Part shown: positions 18,521-26,687 of the stretch, piece after piece
Position numbering within the stretch: position 1 is the stretch's first letter
How the letters are laid out: each line of letters starts with the position of its first letter
Assembly (NCBI GenBank): GCA_045616525.1
Contig: JAZLGY010000095.1
Location: 18,849 to 82,848 of the forward strand
Direction: 5' to 3'
DNA length: 64,000 nucleotides
Origin: Acetatifactor sp.
GTDB lineage: Bacteria > Bacillota > Clostridia > Lachnospirales > Lachnospiraceae
Notes under the pieces: generated by a model
Told to the model about the DNA's origin: nothing
The model's input: only the letters and a program-made list of their open reading frames with translations
Databases searched by the model: none
Program-made: the position numbers and the translations under genes

Positions 18521-19600
18521 CTAACTGTTCTTATGGATTAAGCTATCTGCATAGGTAGCTGCTTTCATACGTCGTTGTTCAGTCATGTCTGCGTAATGCT
18601 TGGCGGTTGTTTGTACATTAGAATGTCCCAATGCATCTGCTGTTAAATAAATATCGCCGGTTGCTAAATATAGATTTGTACCATATGTAGATCGTAATTT
18701 GTGTGGTGATATTTTATTACCAACACCTAATGCAGCATTTGCATATTTCTTTATCATACGTTCCACAGCACTGACAGAAATTCGATTCCCTTTTTGTGAG
18801 AGGAAGAGGGCTCTTTCGGCTTCATCCGGATTGAAATGACTTCTGGCTGTATCAATATATAAATATAAAGCGTCTAAAACACCACTGCTAAGGTAAACAT
18901 TTTGAATTTTATTACCTTTTCGTGTAACTAATATACAGCTGTTAATATCATTTATGTCTTCTAGGTTAATGCCAACAAGCTCGGATACACGGATTCCGGT
19001 ACCTAAAAATAGCGTTAAAATTGCGTTATCTCTACACTTTAAAAAATCATTGTTATTTTTTTGACGATCTATTAAACCGACGCCTTTATCCAAGGAATTA
19101 TACATGCTTTCTTGTTCTTTATCAGCAAGTCTTATAATTGGTTTTTCCTTTATTTTAGGCATATCAACGCCAATGCATGGATTATCCTCAAGGCGATGAT
19201 GTATATTTAAGTAATTATAAAGGCTACGTATAGTTGATAATTTACGCGCCTTGGAGGCAGCTGAATTTGAACGAATTTGACCGTCATCTGTATGATAAGC
19301 TGTTAAAAATGACAAATAATCCGAGATATTTCGATAGGTTAATTTTGATAAAATATCCAGGTTAATATCGATAGGCTTTTTCCCGGAAAAAACGTGAGAA
19401 TCCATGCATAAATAGTTAAAGAAAAGCTGCAAATCACAGGCATATGCATAACAGGTTCTAGGCTGGAATTTTTCAGAGGATAATTTATCATTAATAAAGT
19501 CCGTGCAATAATCAGGTAATGATGCAAGGATTTCTCTTGATTTTTCCAAATTACGAACACGTTGTTCATAAGAATATGTATGTTGCTTAGTATTTGCCAT
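18521..19600 (-). CDS. tyrosine-type site-specific recombinase/integrase
   Basis: 359 aa; catalytic set GIRVSEL (Arg), HKLRSTYGT (His-x-x-Arg), LGHSNVQTTAKHYA (His, Tyr). Confidence 0.9.
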   Translation of the reverse strand: MANTKQHTYSYEQRVRNLEKSREILASLPDYCTDFINDKLSSEKFQPRTCYAYACDLQLFFNYLCMDSHVFSGKKPIDINLDILSKLTYRNISDYLSFLTAYHTDDGQIRSNSAASKARKLSTIRSLYNYLNIHHRLEDNPCIGVDMPKIKEKPIIRLADKEQESMYNSLDKGVGLIDRQKNNNDFLKCRDNAILTLFLGTGIRVSELVGINLEDINDINSCILVTRKGNKIQNVYLSSGVLDALYLYIDTARSHFNPDEAERALFLSQKGNRISVSAVERMIKKYANAALGVGNKISPHKLRSTYGTNLYLATGDIYLTADALGHSNVQTTAKHYADMTEQRRMKAATYADSLIHKNS

Positions 19601-19778
19601 GGATTTTCCTTTCTATAACAGATTCCCTGATTTTGGGGAAGAACTGCTATTCTAATCAAAATTATAGCTAAAATGCATATAAACTATTATTTAACGGCGT
19701 TTTATATCTATCTCTCATTATACAAAAATCGATATATAAAATCAAGAGGTAAAAAACAGATATGCAGAAAATTCTAAA

Positions 19779-19803
19779 TAGCCCCAGCTTAAAGCCGGGG
19801 CTA
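19779..19803 (-). terminator. hairpin terminator downstream of the surface-protein gene
   Basis: TAGCCCC-agcttaaagcc-GGGGCTA with T-rich flanks on both strands. Confidence 0.6.
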
Positions 19804-19828
19804 TTTTATATTATTCATATATTACATA

Positions 19829-21724
19829 TTATTGAAGCATGGATTTCCAAGCAATTCCTAAATCTTCCCATCCGATAGAAACAAGATATTCATATTCCTT
19901 CTTATTAGAAGTATAGAAATATTCTCCTAACTTAGCATTAGGATTCTTAACTCTGTAAGCTGCTTTATCACCATCTGAGTACCACGCGATACCTTCATCG
20001 TCCCATCCATTAGCTACAAGTGCATCGATTTCTGTTTTATTAACTGTATAGTAATGATCACCGGTTTTAGGATTGTATGCTCTGTAAACAGCTGCGCCAT
20101 ACTCAGGTGCATAGAATTCAATACCTTCATCCTTCCATCCGAGATTTACAAGATAATCCTTCTCGAATTCACTTGCTGTATAGAAATGAATACCATTATT
20201 TGGATTGTAAACTCTGTAAATAGCCTTGGTTACAATTTCTTTTACAGGTTCATTTTCTTCAACAGGAGTTTCTTCCGGAGCAGGTGTTTCATCCGGTGTC
20301 TCAGCAGGTGTTTCATCCGGTGTCACATTTGGTGTTTCATCCGGTGTCACATTTGGTGTTTCGTCCGGTGTTTCATCCGGTGTTTCGTCAGGTGTTTCAT
20401 CCTGTATTCTAGGATCTTTTACTACTATATAATCTCTAAGCATTGATGTTGAATATCTGTCTTCAAGATCTTGATATACTTCATATTTTAAGAAGCCCTC
20501 CGCATTTTCACCATTTGTACTGAAGAAACATTCTGCTTTTACATCCGGTTCATAAATATAAAACATATAGAACTTTGTCTTTGAACCTACCCATTCATCT
20601 TTTTTTACAATATCGCCTTCTTTAAATGTAGTAAAATCTGTATATTCATGTAATACTTCAACAGTAATTGTTGCAGACTTATCACTGCCATCCTTTGCTG
20701 TAACAATTATTTGGGCTGTTCCATTTGATACAGCTGTTACTACTCCATCTTCAACTGTTGCAACAGCTGGATTATTTGATAACCAAGATAATGTTTTATC
20801 GGTTGCATCATCTGGGGTAACAGTTACAACTAATGTCTCTGTATCACCTATTTCCATTTTTAAATAAGTATTATTAACGGTTATATTTTCTATAGGTACA
20901 ACTGGGTTACCAATTTTAAATGCCTTAACTGCAGTAGCTTCTCCTACAGTAAGGGATGCATAGTAATATCCATCTGCGGAAGGTGTTCCTTCAACTAACG
21001 TTCCTCCGGTGGTTGTATCATTCGAGTTAACTTTATAGAATTTAACGTCGGATTCAGATATATTTTCATCTGTTGCAGCGGTAAATGCATCTAAGTTATC
21101 AATACCGGAATAGTTCGGAGAGGTTGCGGTGAGGGTAAGGGATACTTTATTATCACTCAGTTCACAATTTCCATCTTCGTTAGCGCATGTTGCAACAATC
21201 GTATTCTTTGCTGTATCAGGAACAGAATAGGTGAATGAATGAGTATGTGATGGAGACAATTCTCGACTAAACACTATATCGCCAAACCAATCTACATATG
21301 CTAAATAATGAACGCTTTTAACCTGATTATTTTCAAAATCAACACTTAAATAGTCACCACCATCATAAGTCCATTTATTCTCACTTTCTATGAAAATAAG
21401 TTCTTGATCTTCTGAAACATGAACCTTGACAACCCAGTCTTCTAATTTTTGACAATCCTCATCCTCACCTCCCATCATTACTATAAAATCTTTAAATGAC
21501 CTATCTTCGCCAAACATCTCACTACCACCCATCAGTTCTTCACTGACAGCATCTACTTTTTGGCACAATGCTATCTCATTTGCTGTTGGTTCGTCAGCTG
21601 GAGTATTAGCTTTAACATCAGTACTAATTCCCATAACCATAGAAAAAACCATAGTTGCTGTAACTACCATTGCAGTCAGTTTATTTTTCAAAAACTTGCC
21701 TTTCATTTTTTTCCTTTTGTTCAT
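19829..21724 (-). CDS. secreted surface protein: signal peptide, Big_2 Ig-like domain, Pro/Thr/Asp/Glu linker, three C-terminal YRxYNPNxGxHFYT...GWxDEGI repeats
   Basis: 631 aa; MNKRKKMKGKF...ANT signal peptide; LSWLSNNPAVATVEDGVVTAVSNGTAQIIVTA (Big_2); DETPDETP... linker; three DUF5648-like repeats; no LPXTG. Confidence 0.85.
   Translation of the reverse strand: MNKRKKMKGKFLKNKLTAMVVTATMVFSMVMGISTDVKANTPADEPTANEIALCQKVDAVSEELMGGSEMFGEDRSFKDFIVMMGGEDEDCQKLEDWVVKVHVSEDQELIFIESENKWTYDGGDYLSVDFENNQVKSVHYLAYVDWFGDIVFSRELSPSHTHSFTYSVPDTAKNTIVATCANEDGNCELSDNKVSLTLTATSPNYSGIDNLDAFTAATDENISESDVKFYKVNSNDTTTGGTLVEGTPSADGYYYASLTVGEATAVKAFKIGNPVVPIENITVNNTYLKMEIGDTETLVVTVTPDDATDKTLSWLSNNPAVATVEDGVVTAVSNGTAQIIVTAKDGSDKSATITVEVLHEYTDFTTFKEGDIVKKDEWVGSKTKFYMFYIYEPDVKAECFFSTNGENAEGFLKYEVYQDLEDRYSTSMLRDYIVVKDPRIQDETPDETPDETPDETPNVTPDETPNVTPDETPAETPDETPAPEETPVEENEPVKEIVTKAIYRVYNPNNGIHFYTASEFEKDYLVNLGWKDEGIEFYAPEYGAAVYRAYNPKTGDHYYTVNKTEIDALVANGWDDEGIAWYSDGDKAAYRVKNPNAKLGEYFYTSNKKEYEYLVSIGWEDLGIAWKSMLQ
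20270..20405 (-). repeat. tandem 12/24-bp repeats encoding the (D/N)(E/V)TP linker
   Basis: Reiterated GGTGTTTCATCC / GGTGTCACATTT units on the plus strand. Confidence 0.85.
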
Positions 21725-21802
21725 AAATTTTTGCCCTCCTTAAAAGTTATTTTTATCTATATAAACTTGTTTTTCACATGGTAAATCGGAAATAATTTAG
21801 TC

Positions 21803-21950
21803 CGCGGTGCCACCCTCGATTCCGCCTTCGGCTTCACCTCGTGTTCGCGCTGTCGCGCTATACATCCAAGCGCAAATATGTCTGCTTGTGAGCAAGCTCC
21901 CAGCAGCCAATTTGGCTTGTCTGTGCACCGCTCATAGTTTCGCGACTATT
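21803..21950 (-). promoter_or_regulatory. GC-rich structured 5' leader element ending in a T-box-like core (AAUCGAGGGUGGCACCGCGG); class unresolved
   Basis: The minus-strand RNA contains the GGGUGGCACCGCG core at 21815-21803. It has several hairpins (AGCCAAAUUGGCU; CUGCU..GAG-CUUG-CUC..AGCAG; GUCGCG...CGCGAC closing helix). It lies about 80 nt upstream of the surface-protein ATG. No canonical Stem I boxes or terminator partner were seen. Confidence 0.35.
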
Positions 21951-22035
21951 GAAATATTCCTTAACGATTGGGGGTTCATTTAGACATATATTAGTTAACC
22001 TATTTACATATCTGGATATAATTTTATATACGCTA

Positions 22036-22065
22036 ATTATACGCATGGACGTAATTCCAAGACAA
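22036..22065 (-). promoter_or_regulatory. candidate sigma-A promoter for the leader and surface-protein gene
   Basis: Minus strand TTGTCT-18 nt-TATAAT. Confidence 0.4.
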
Positions 22066-22103
22066 AAAAGTAACCGCCCCAGTCTGGTAAACTAAGCGGT
22101 TAC
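22064..22103 (-). terminator. rho-independent terminator inside the ribH/surface-protein intergenic region
   Basis: Minus strand GTAACCGC-ttagtttaccagactgg-GCGGTTAC followed by TTTTTTG. Confidence 0.7.
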
Positions 22104-22274
22104 TAAAATCGTAAAATATATCAGGCGAACCGTCATCGGTAGCACCTTTTTGTTATTAATATGATAACACCGCTCTCCAGTTATGTCAAAACAAATCTTC
22201 TATATTCAGTTTTTCCAAATGAAATAGTTTGGATTGTAAATAAATATTATTTGTTAATAATATACAATGACTAT
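22104..22274 (-). ncRNA. candidate short transcript (sRNA or leader) between an orphan promoter and the 22064-22103 terminator
   Basis: A promoter-like TTGTGC-17 nt-TATAAT (22309-22281, minus) is followed about 170 nt later by a strong terminator. The only ORF is a 14-codon MTVRLIYFTILVTA (22136-22092) with an AAGGTG RBS. Confidence 0.25.
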
Positions 22275-22374
22275 GTTGTAATTATACAGTTTTTCGCGAA
22301 AATGCACAAGATATAAATTGAATTATTTTAGTCCACACAACCCTATCATTTTTAATAGTGTGAAGTTAATAATA

Positions 22375-22409
22375 AATAAAAGCTACCAAACCATTTGGTC
22401 TGGTAGCTT
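22375..22409 (-). terminator. ribH terminator
   Basis: AGCTACCAAACC-atttg-GGTCTGGTAGCT hairpin with T-runs on both strands. Confidence 0.8.
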
Positions 22410-22415
22410 TTTATA

Positions 22416-22889
22416 TTACATCTGATCTAATAAATTAACCATTTCAACTGCAGATAATGCACAATCATAACCCTTGTTGCCAGCCTTGCTTCCGGCACGT
22501 GCAATTGCCTGTTCAATGTTTTCTGTTGTTACGATACCAAAAAGTACAGGTACTTTTGAGGAAAGTGAAACCTGAGCGATTCCCTTGGATACTTCATTAC
22601 ATACATAATCGTAATGAGAAGTATCTCCACGAATTACTGCACCAACACAAATAATAGCATCATATTTTCCTGAAAGAGCCATCTTCTGAGCTACAATGGG
22701 GATTTCAAATGCACCGGGTACCCAAGCAGCTGTAATATTCTTCTCATCTACTCCATGACGAACAAGTCCGTCTACGGCACCACCAAGAAGCTTATTAACG
22801 ATGATTTCGTTAAATCTTGAAGCAACAATACCAACCTTCATACCTTTCTTTGCAACTACTTTGCCTTCTAATAAATTGATTTCTTTCAT
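22416..22889 (-). CDS. ribH: 6,7-dimethyl-8-ribityllumazine synthase
   Basis: 157 aa; [25 protein letters not shown] motifs. Confidence 0.95.
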   Translation of the reverse strand: MKEINLLEGKVVAKKGMKVGIVASRFNEIIVNKLLGGAVDGLVRHGVDEKNITAAWVPGAFEIPIVAQKMALSGKYDAIICVGAVIRGDTSHYDYVCNEVSKGIAQVSLSSKVPVLFGIVTTENIEQAIARAGSKAGNKGYDCALSAVEMVNLLDQM

Positions 22890-22938
22890 GTCTTTTCTCC
22901 TTTTCGTTGTAATGTATTTGAATTATTTTATCTACAAA

Positions 22939-24153
22939 TTATAAATTTAATTCGTTAAAAATATGGCCCATTTTTTCTTTTTTGGTACGCATATATTTAA
23001 TATCAAATTGCTGTGGTTCGATTTCTATAGCTACTCTTTCATTGATTTTTAATCCAAAACCTTCCAAGCCATATACTTTTTCAGGGTTATTGGTTAATAA
23101 ACGAAGGCTCTTTACACCTAAATCAGATAATATTTGAGCGCCTACCCAGTATTCTCTCAAATCGGGTGCAAAACCAAGCTTTACATTGGCTTCTACTGTA
23201 TCATAGCCCTGTTCCTGGAGTTCATAAGCCTTTAATTTATTGATTAAGCCAATTCCGCGACCTTCCTGACGCATATAAAGTAAAATACCCTTGCCTTCTC
23301 TTTCGATTTGTTCCATTGCAGATTGTAACTGTTCGCCACAATCACATCTTTTGGAACCAAAGGTATCACCTGTAAGGCATTCTGAATGAACACGACATAA
23401 AATATTCTCACCGTCCCCAATATCACCCTTTAATAATGCAACATGATGTTCGCCGGTAATATCATTTATATATCCAATCATTCTGAAATCACCATACTTA
23501 GTAGGTAATTTTGCATCAGCCATTTTCTGAACATGTTTTACATGAACATGGATATAATCCTGTAATGCCTTGATGGTAATATATTTTAAATGATATTCTT
23601 TCGCTAGCTTATATATATTCTCAGCCTTCATCATGGTACCGTCTTCTTCCATGATTTCACAGCAAACACCACATTCCTTTAAGCCGGCCAGCTTCATTAA
23701 ATCAACTGTAGCCTCTGTGTGGCCATTACGCACCAATACACCGCCTTCTTTGGCAACTAGAGGAAATACATGTCCCGGATGTCTAAAGTCGCTGGGTTTG
23801 GCATTATCATCACAGCAACTCATCATTGTCATGGAACGTTCAGCGGCTGAAATACCGGTTGTTGTATTAATATGATCGATAGAAACGGTAAATGCAGTTT
23901 GATGATTATCAGTATTATTCTGTACCATTGCCGGAAAACCAAGCTTATTTGCAAGGCTGATACTCATAGGTGTACAAATCAATCCTTTTGCATATTTGGC
24001 CATGAAGTTGATGTTTTCCTGTGTTGCAAATTCACCGGCACAAATCATATCACCTTCATTTTCTCTGTTTTCATCATCAGAGACTAGGATGATTTTACCA
24101 TTTTTTAAATCCTCTAATGCTTCTTCCACTGTATTGTAAGTAAAGTTTTCCAT
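22939..24153 (-). CDS. ribBA: bifunctional 3,4-dihydroxy-2-butanone-4-phosphate synthase / GTP cyclohydrolase II
   Basis: 404 aa; [10 protein letters not shown] (DHBPS) and [11 protein letters not shown]...RCDCG (GCH II zinc site). Confidence 0.95.
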   Translation of the reverse strand: MENFTYNTVEEALEDLKNGKIILVSDDENRENEGDMICAGEFATQENINFMAKYAKGLICTPMSISLANKLGFPAMVQNNTDNHQTAFTVSIDHINTTTGISAAERSMTMMSCCDDNAKPSDFRHPGHVFPLVAKEGGVLVRNGHTEATVDLMKLAGLKECGVCCEIMEEDGTMMKAENIYKLAKEYHLKYITIKALQDYIHVHVKHVQKMADAKLPTKYGDFRMIGYINDITGEHHVALLKGDIGDGENILCRVHSECLTGDTFGSKRCDCGEQLQSAMEQIEREGKGILLYMRQEGRGIGLINKLKAYELQEQGYDTVEANVKLGFAPDLREYWVGAQILSDLGVKSLRLLTNNPEKVYGLEGFGLKINERVAIEIEPQQFDIKYMRTKKEKMGHIFNELNL

Positions 24154-24165
24154 GAATTTCTCCTT

Positions 24166-24810
24166 TTAAAAATCTAAGTCTTTTAGCATGTCATAGGTTA
24201 AGGTACTCTTCTCTTCTTTAGGGGCAGGAAACATTAACTTTTGAACATATTTTCCTACGATGTCATTTTCTAAATTTACAAGGGAGCCTTTTCTCTTGTG
24301 CAATAATGTGGTTTCTTTCGCTGTATGTGGAATGATGGAAACCTTGAAGCACTTATGATCAACGTAAGCAACTGTTAGGCTGATTCCATCTATACATATG
24401 GATCCTTTTTCAACAATAAGCTTTAGAATTTCATCAGAAGTATTTATTGTAACCCAAACAGCATTTTCTTCTTCTTTGTATTCTGTAATTTCACCGGTAC
24501 CATCAATATGACCTGATACGATATGACCACCAAATCTTCCATCTGCAGCCATTGCTCTTTCGAGGTTAACTTTGTCACCTTTTTTTGCATTGGATAAAGC
24601 AGAGCGTCTTACTGTTTCGGCCATAATGTCTGCAGTAAATCCGTCCTTTTGTAAACTGGTTACAGTTAGACATATTCCATTAACAGCAATAGAATCTCCT
24701 ATGTGCGTGTTTTCTAAAACTTTTTTGGCTTGAATGGCAATTGCTCCCGAAGTACCTTTTATGGAAAGATTCTTTATTATTCCGGTCTCTTCTACAATTC
24801 CTGTAAACAT
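24166..24810 (-). CDS. ribE: riboflavin synthase alpha subunit
   Basis: 214 aa; MFTGIVEE N-terminus, duplicated GxSLTV barrel motifs. Confidence 0.95.
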   Translation of the reverse strand: MFTGIVEETGIIKNLSIKGTSGAIAIQAKKVLENTHIGDSIAVNGICLTVTSLQKDGFTADIMAETVRRSALSNAKKGDKVNLERAMAADGRFGGHIVSGHIDGTGEITEYKEEENAVWVTINTSDEILKLIVEKGSICIDGISLTVAYVDHKCFKVSIIPHTAKETTLLHKRKGSLVNLENDIVGKYVQKLMFPAPKEEKSTLTYDMLKDLDF

Positions 24811-25907
24811 TATGCCTCCTCCATTCGTTTCACGTAGGTTAATAATACATCCTGATCAATTTGTTTTATTGATTTTAAGGTATATAAAGAAGCATCCTGC
24901 ACTTCTACTATTCCTTGTCCCTCTACCGGACTTTTGGCATCCTGGCCACCGAATATTTTGGGCGCGATAAAGACCTCTACTTGATTAATCAGCTTGTTTC
25001 TGGTAAAGGTATCGTTAATAATTCCACCGCCTTCTACCAAAATACTATCAATGCCCTCAGTGCCTAAATATTCTACTAATTTTTCAATATCTACTTCTCC
25101 ATTTTTATCAGGTAAACATTTAACAGTTAAACCTAACTTAGTTAATTCGTTGGCTTTTTCTTCACAAGAATTGGCGCAAATAATATAGGTTTTATATTCT
25201 TTCGCTGTTTTAACAATCTGACTGTCTAATGGAATACGAAGCTTGCTGTCACAGATGATACGAATAGGACTTTTTAAGCCATCAATTCTGACATTTAACA
25301 TGGGATCATCTTTTAATACGGTGCCTATACCAACTAGTATACCCATGTATTTATGTCTCATTAATTGAACTTCGTGGCGTGCTTTTTCACCTGTTATCCA
25401 TTTGGATAAGCCTGCCTTGGTTGCAATCTTACCATCCATAGTCATGGCATATTTCATTACCATATAAGGTCTCTTGGTTGTAATATAATGAAAGAATACA
25501 GGATTAATCTCATCACACTCTTCTCTCATAAAGTCCTGAATGACCTCTATTCCATGCTCCTGTAAAAGCTTTGCCCCTTTTCCTGAAACCAAAGGATTGG
25601 GATCTCTTGAGCCAATCACAACACGAGCAATCTTATTTTCTATGATTGCTTCTGTACATGGAGGTGTTTTTCCGTAGTGACAACATGGCTCTAATGTAAC
25701 ATAAATGGTTGCACCTTCAGCTGATTCGGTCAGATGCTTAAAGGCATTTCTTTCTGCATGAAGCTCACCACATCTTTCATGATAACCTTCACCAATGATC
25801 CTGCCATCCTTTACAATAACAGCACCAACCATTGGATTCGGATTGGTATATCCCATTGCTTTTTTTGCAAGCTCTATGGCTCGTAACATGTATTGCTTCT
25901 CTGCCAT
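24810..25907 (-). CDS. ribD: bifunctional riboflavin biosynthesis deaminase/reductase
   Basis: 365 aa; HAERNA...LEPCCHYGKTPPC deaminase zinc motif plus a C-terminal reductase domain. Confidence 0.95.
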   Translation of the reverse strand: MAEKQYMLRAIELAKKAMGYTNPNPMVGAVIVKDGRIIGEGYHERCGELHAERNAFKHLTESAEGATIYVTLEPCCHYGKTPPCTEAIIENKIARVVIGSRDPNPLVSGKGAKLLQEHGIEVIQDFMREECDEINPVFFHYITTKRPYMVMKYAMTMDGKIATKAGLSKWITGEKARHEVQLMRHKYMGILVGIGTVLKDDPMLNVRIDGLKSPIRIICDSKLRIPLDSQIVKTAKEYKTYIICANSCEEKANELTKLGLTVKCLPDKNGEVDIEKLVEYLGTEGIDSILVEGGGIINDTFTRNKLINQVEVFIAPKIFGGQDAKSPVEGQGIVEVQDASLYTLKSIKQIDQDVLLTYVKRMEEA

Positions 25908-25924
25908 TTAAATTTCCTTTCACA

Positions 25925-26148
25925 TAAAAAGCCCTGAAGTTAAAACTTCAGGGCTAAACATCAAAAATATGATCATAGAAACATATCAATATGGATATAT
26001 TGATACATTCATTTTGTTTCTTTCATCCAGACTTTCATATCAAAGATATGTACATAAAATGTAACTGTCGGCCTCGGAGTTTCACCGAATCTGCCTTACG
26101 GCTCGCGGGCTATACCGCCGGTAGGGAATTACACCCTGCCCTGAAACA
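25925..26148 (-). promoter_or_regulatory. FMN riboswitch (RFN element) with terminator expression platform
   Basis: Minus-strand aptamer 26148-26015: UUCAGGGCAGGGUGUAAUUCCCUACCGGCGGUAUAGCCCGCGAGCC...GCCGACAGU...AAAGUCUGGAUGAAAGAAACA. Terminator AGCCCTGAAGTT-tt-AACTTCAGGGCT plus TTTTT at 25955-25925. Confidence 0.92.
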
Positions 26149-26167
26149 TATTTAATTTTCATTTAGA

Positions 26168-26197
26168 AGTATATGTGGACAAGATATCCTTTGTCAA
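26168..26197 (-). promoter_or_regulatory. rib operon promoter
   Basis: Minus strand TTGACA-18 nt-TATACT immediately upstream of the riboswitch. Confidence 0.6.
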
Positions 26198-26205
26198 GCT
26201 ATTTC

Positions 26206-26667
26206 CTACTGTGGAAATATAATATCGCTATCTAATACAATAGTAAACGGTCCATCATTCAAAAGTGATACTTTCATATCCGCACCAAAGATTCCTGTGC
26301 CAACTTTAGTATCACCAATGGCGGTTTTACTTTGGCTTATAATATATTCGTATAACTCGTTTGCAAAATCTGTCTTAGCTGCATTTACAAAGGAAGGACG
26401 ATTTCCTTTTTTACAATCTGCGTACAATGTAAACTGCGAAACCAAAAGTAAACTGCCATCTACATCAAGTAAAGATAAATTAGTTTTACCATCTTGATCT
26501 TGAAAGATGCGAAGATTCAGTAATTTCTGTAACATTTTATCTGCTAAAGCCTTTGTGTCATTCTGGTGAATTCCAATAAATACCAGAAAACCCTCTCCAA
26601 TGGAGCCTGTAATTTGATTATCTACTTTTACTTCTGCAGAGTTAACTCTTTGTATTACAAATTTCAT
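26206..26667 (-). CDS. dtd: D-aminoacyl-tRNA deacylase
   Basis: 153 aa; MKFVIQRV...SQFTLYAD...GNRPSF motifs. Confidence 0.93.
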   Translation of the reverse strand: MKFVIQRVNSAEVKVDNQITGSIGEGFLVFIGIHQNDTKALADKMLQKLLNLRIFQDQDGKTNLSLLDVDGSLLLVSQFTLYADCKKGNRPSFVNAAKTDFANELYEYIISQSKTAIGDTKVGTGIFGADMKVSLLNDGPFTIVLDSDIIFPQ

Positions 26668-26687
26668 GGTGTATTCCTTACATAGTG

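Noticed and set aside
21858-22046. 62-aa minus-strand ORF across the GC-rich island
   Set aside because: It has no RBS, its sequence composition is odd, and it coincides with hairpin-forming GC-rich segments and the T-box-like motif region. It is more consistent with structured RNA than with a protein.
21789-22334. 13/15 direct repeat GAAATAATTTAGTCC (21789-21803) and GAATTATTTTAGTCC (22320-22334) flanking the whole ribH/surface-gene intergenic region, as possible att or target-site duplication
   Set aside because: It is short, imperfect and AT-rich, so chance occurrence within about 600 bp of AT-rich DNA cannot be excluded. No transposase or inverted terminal repeats lie between the copies. 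It is mentioned only as context for the truncated T-box idea.
19601-22415. Invertible promoter (phase-variation switch) for the surface protein, driven by the adjacent tyrosine recombinase
   Set aside because: I could not find a pair of inverted repeats of 15 bp or more bracketing a promoter-sized segment in either intergenic region. It remains a testable idea but is unsupported by sequence.
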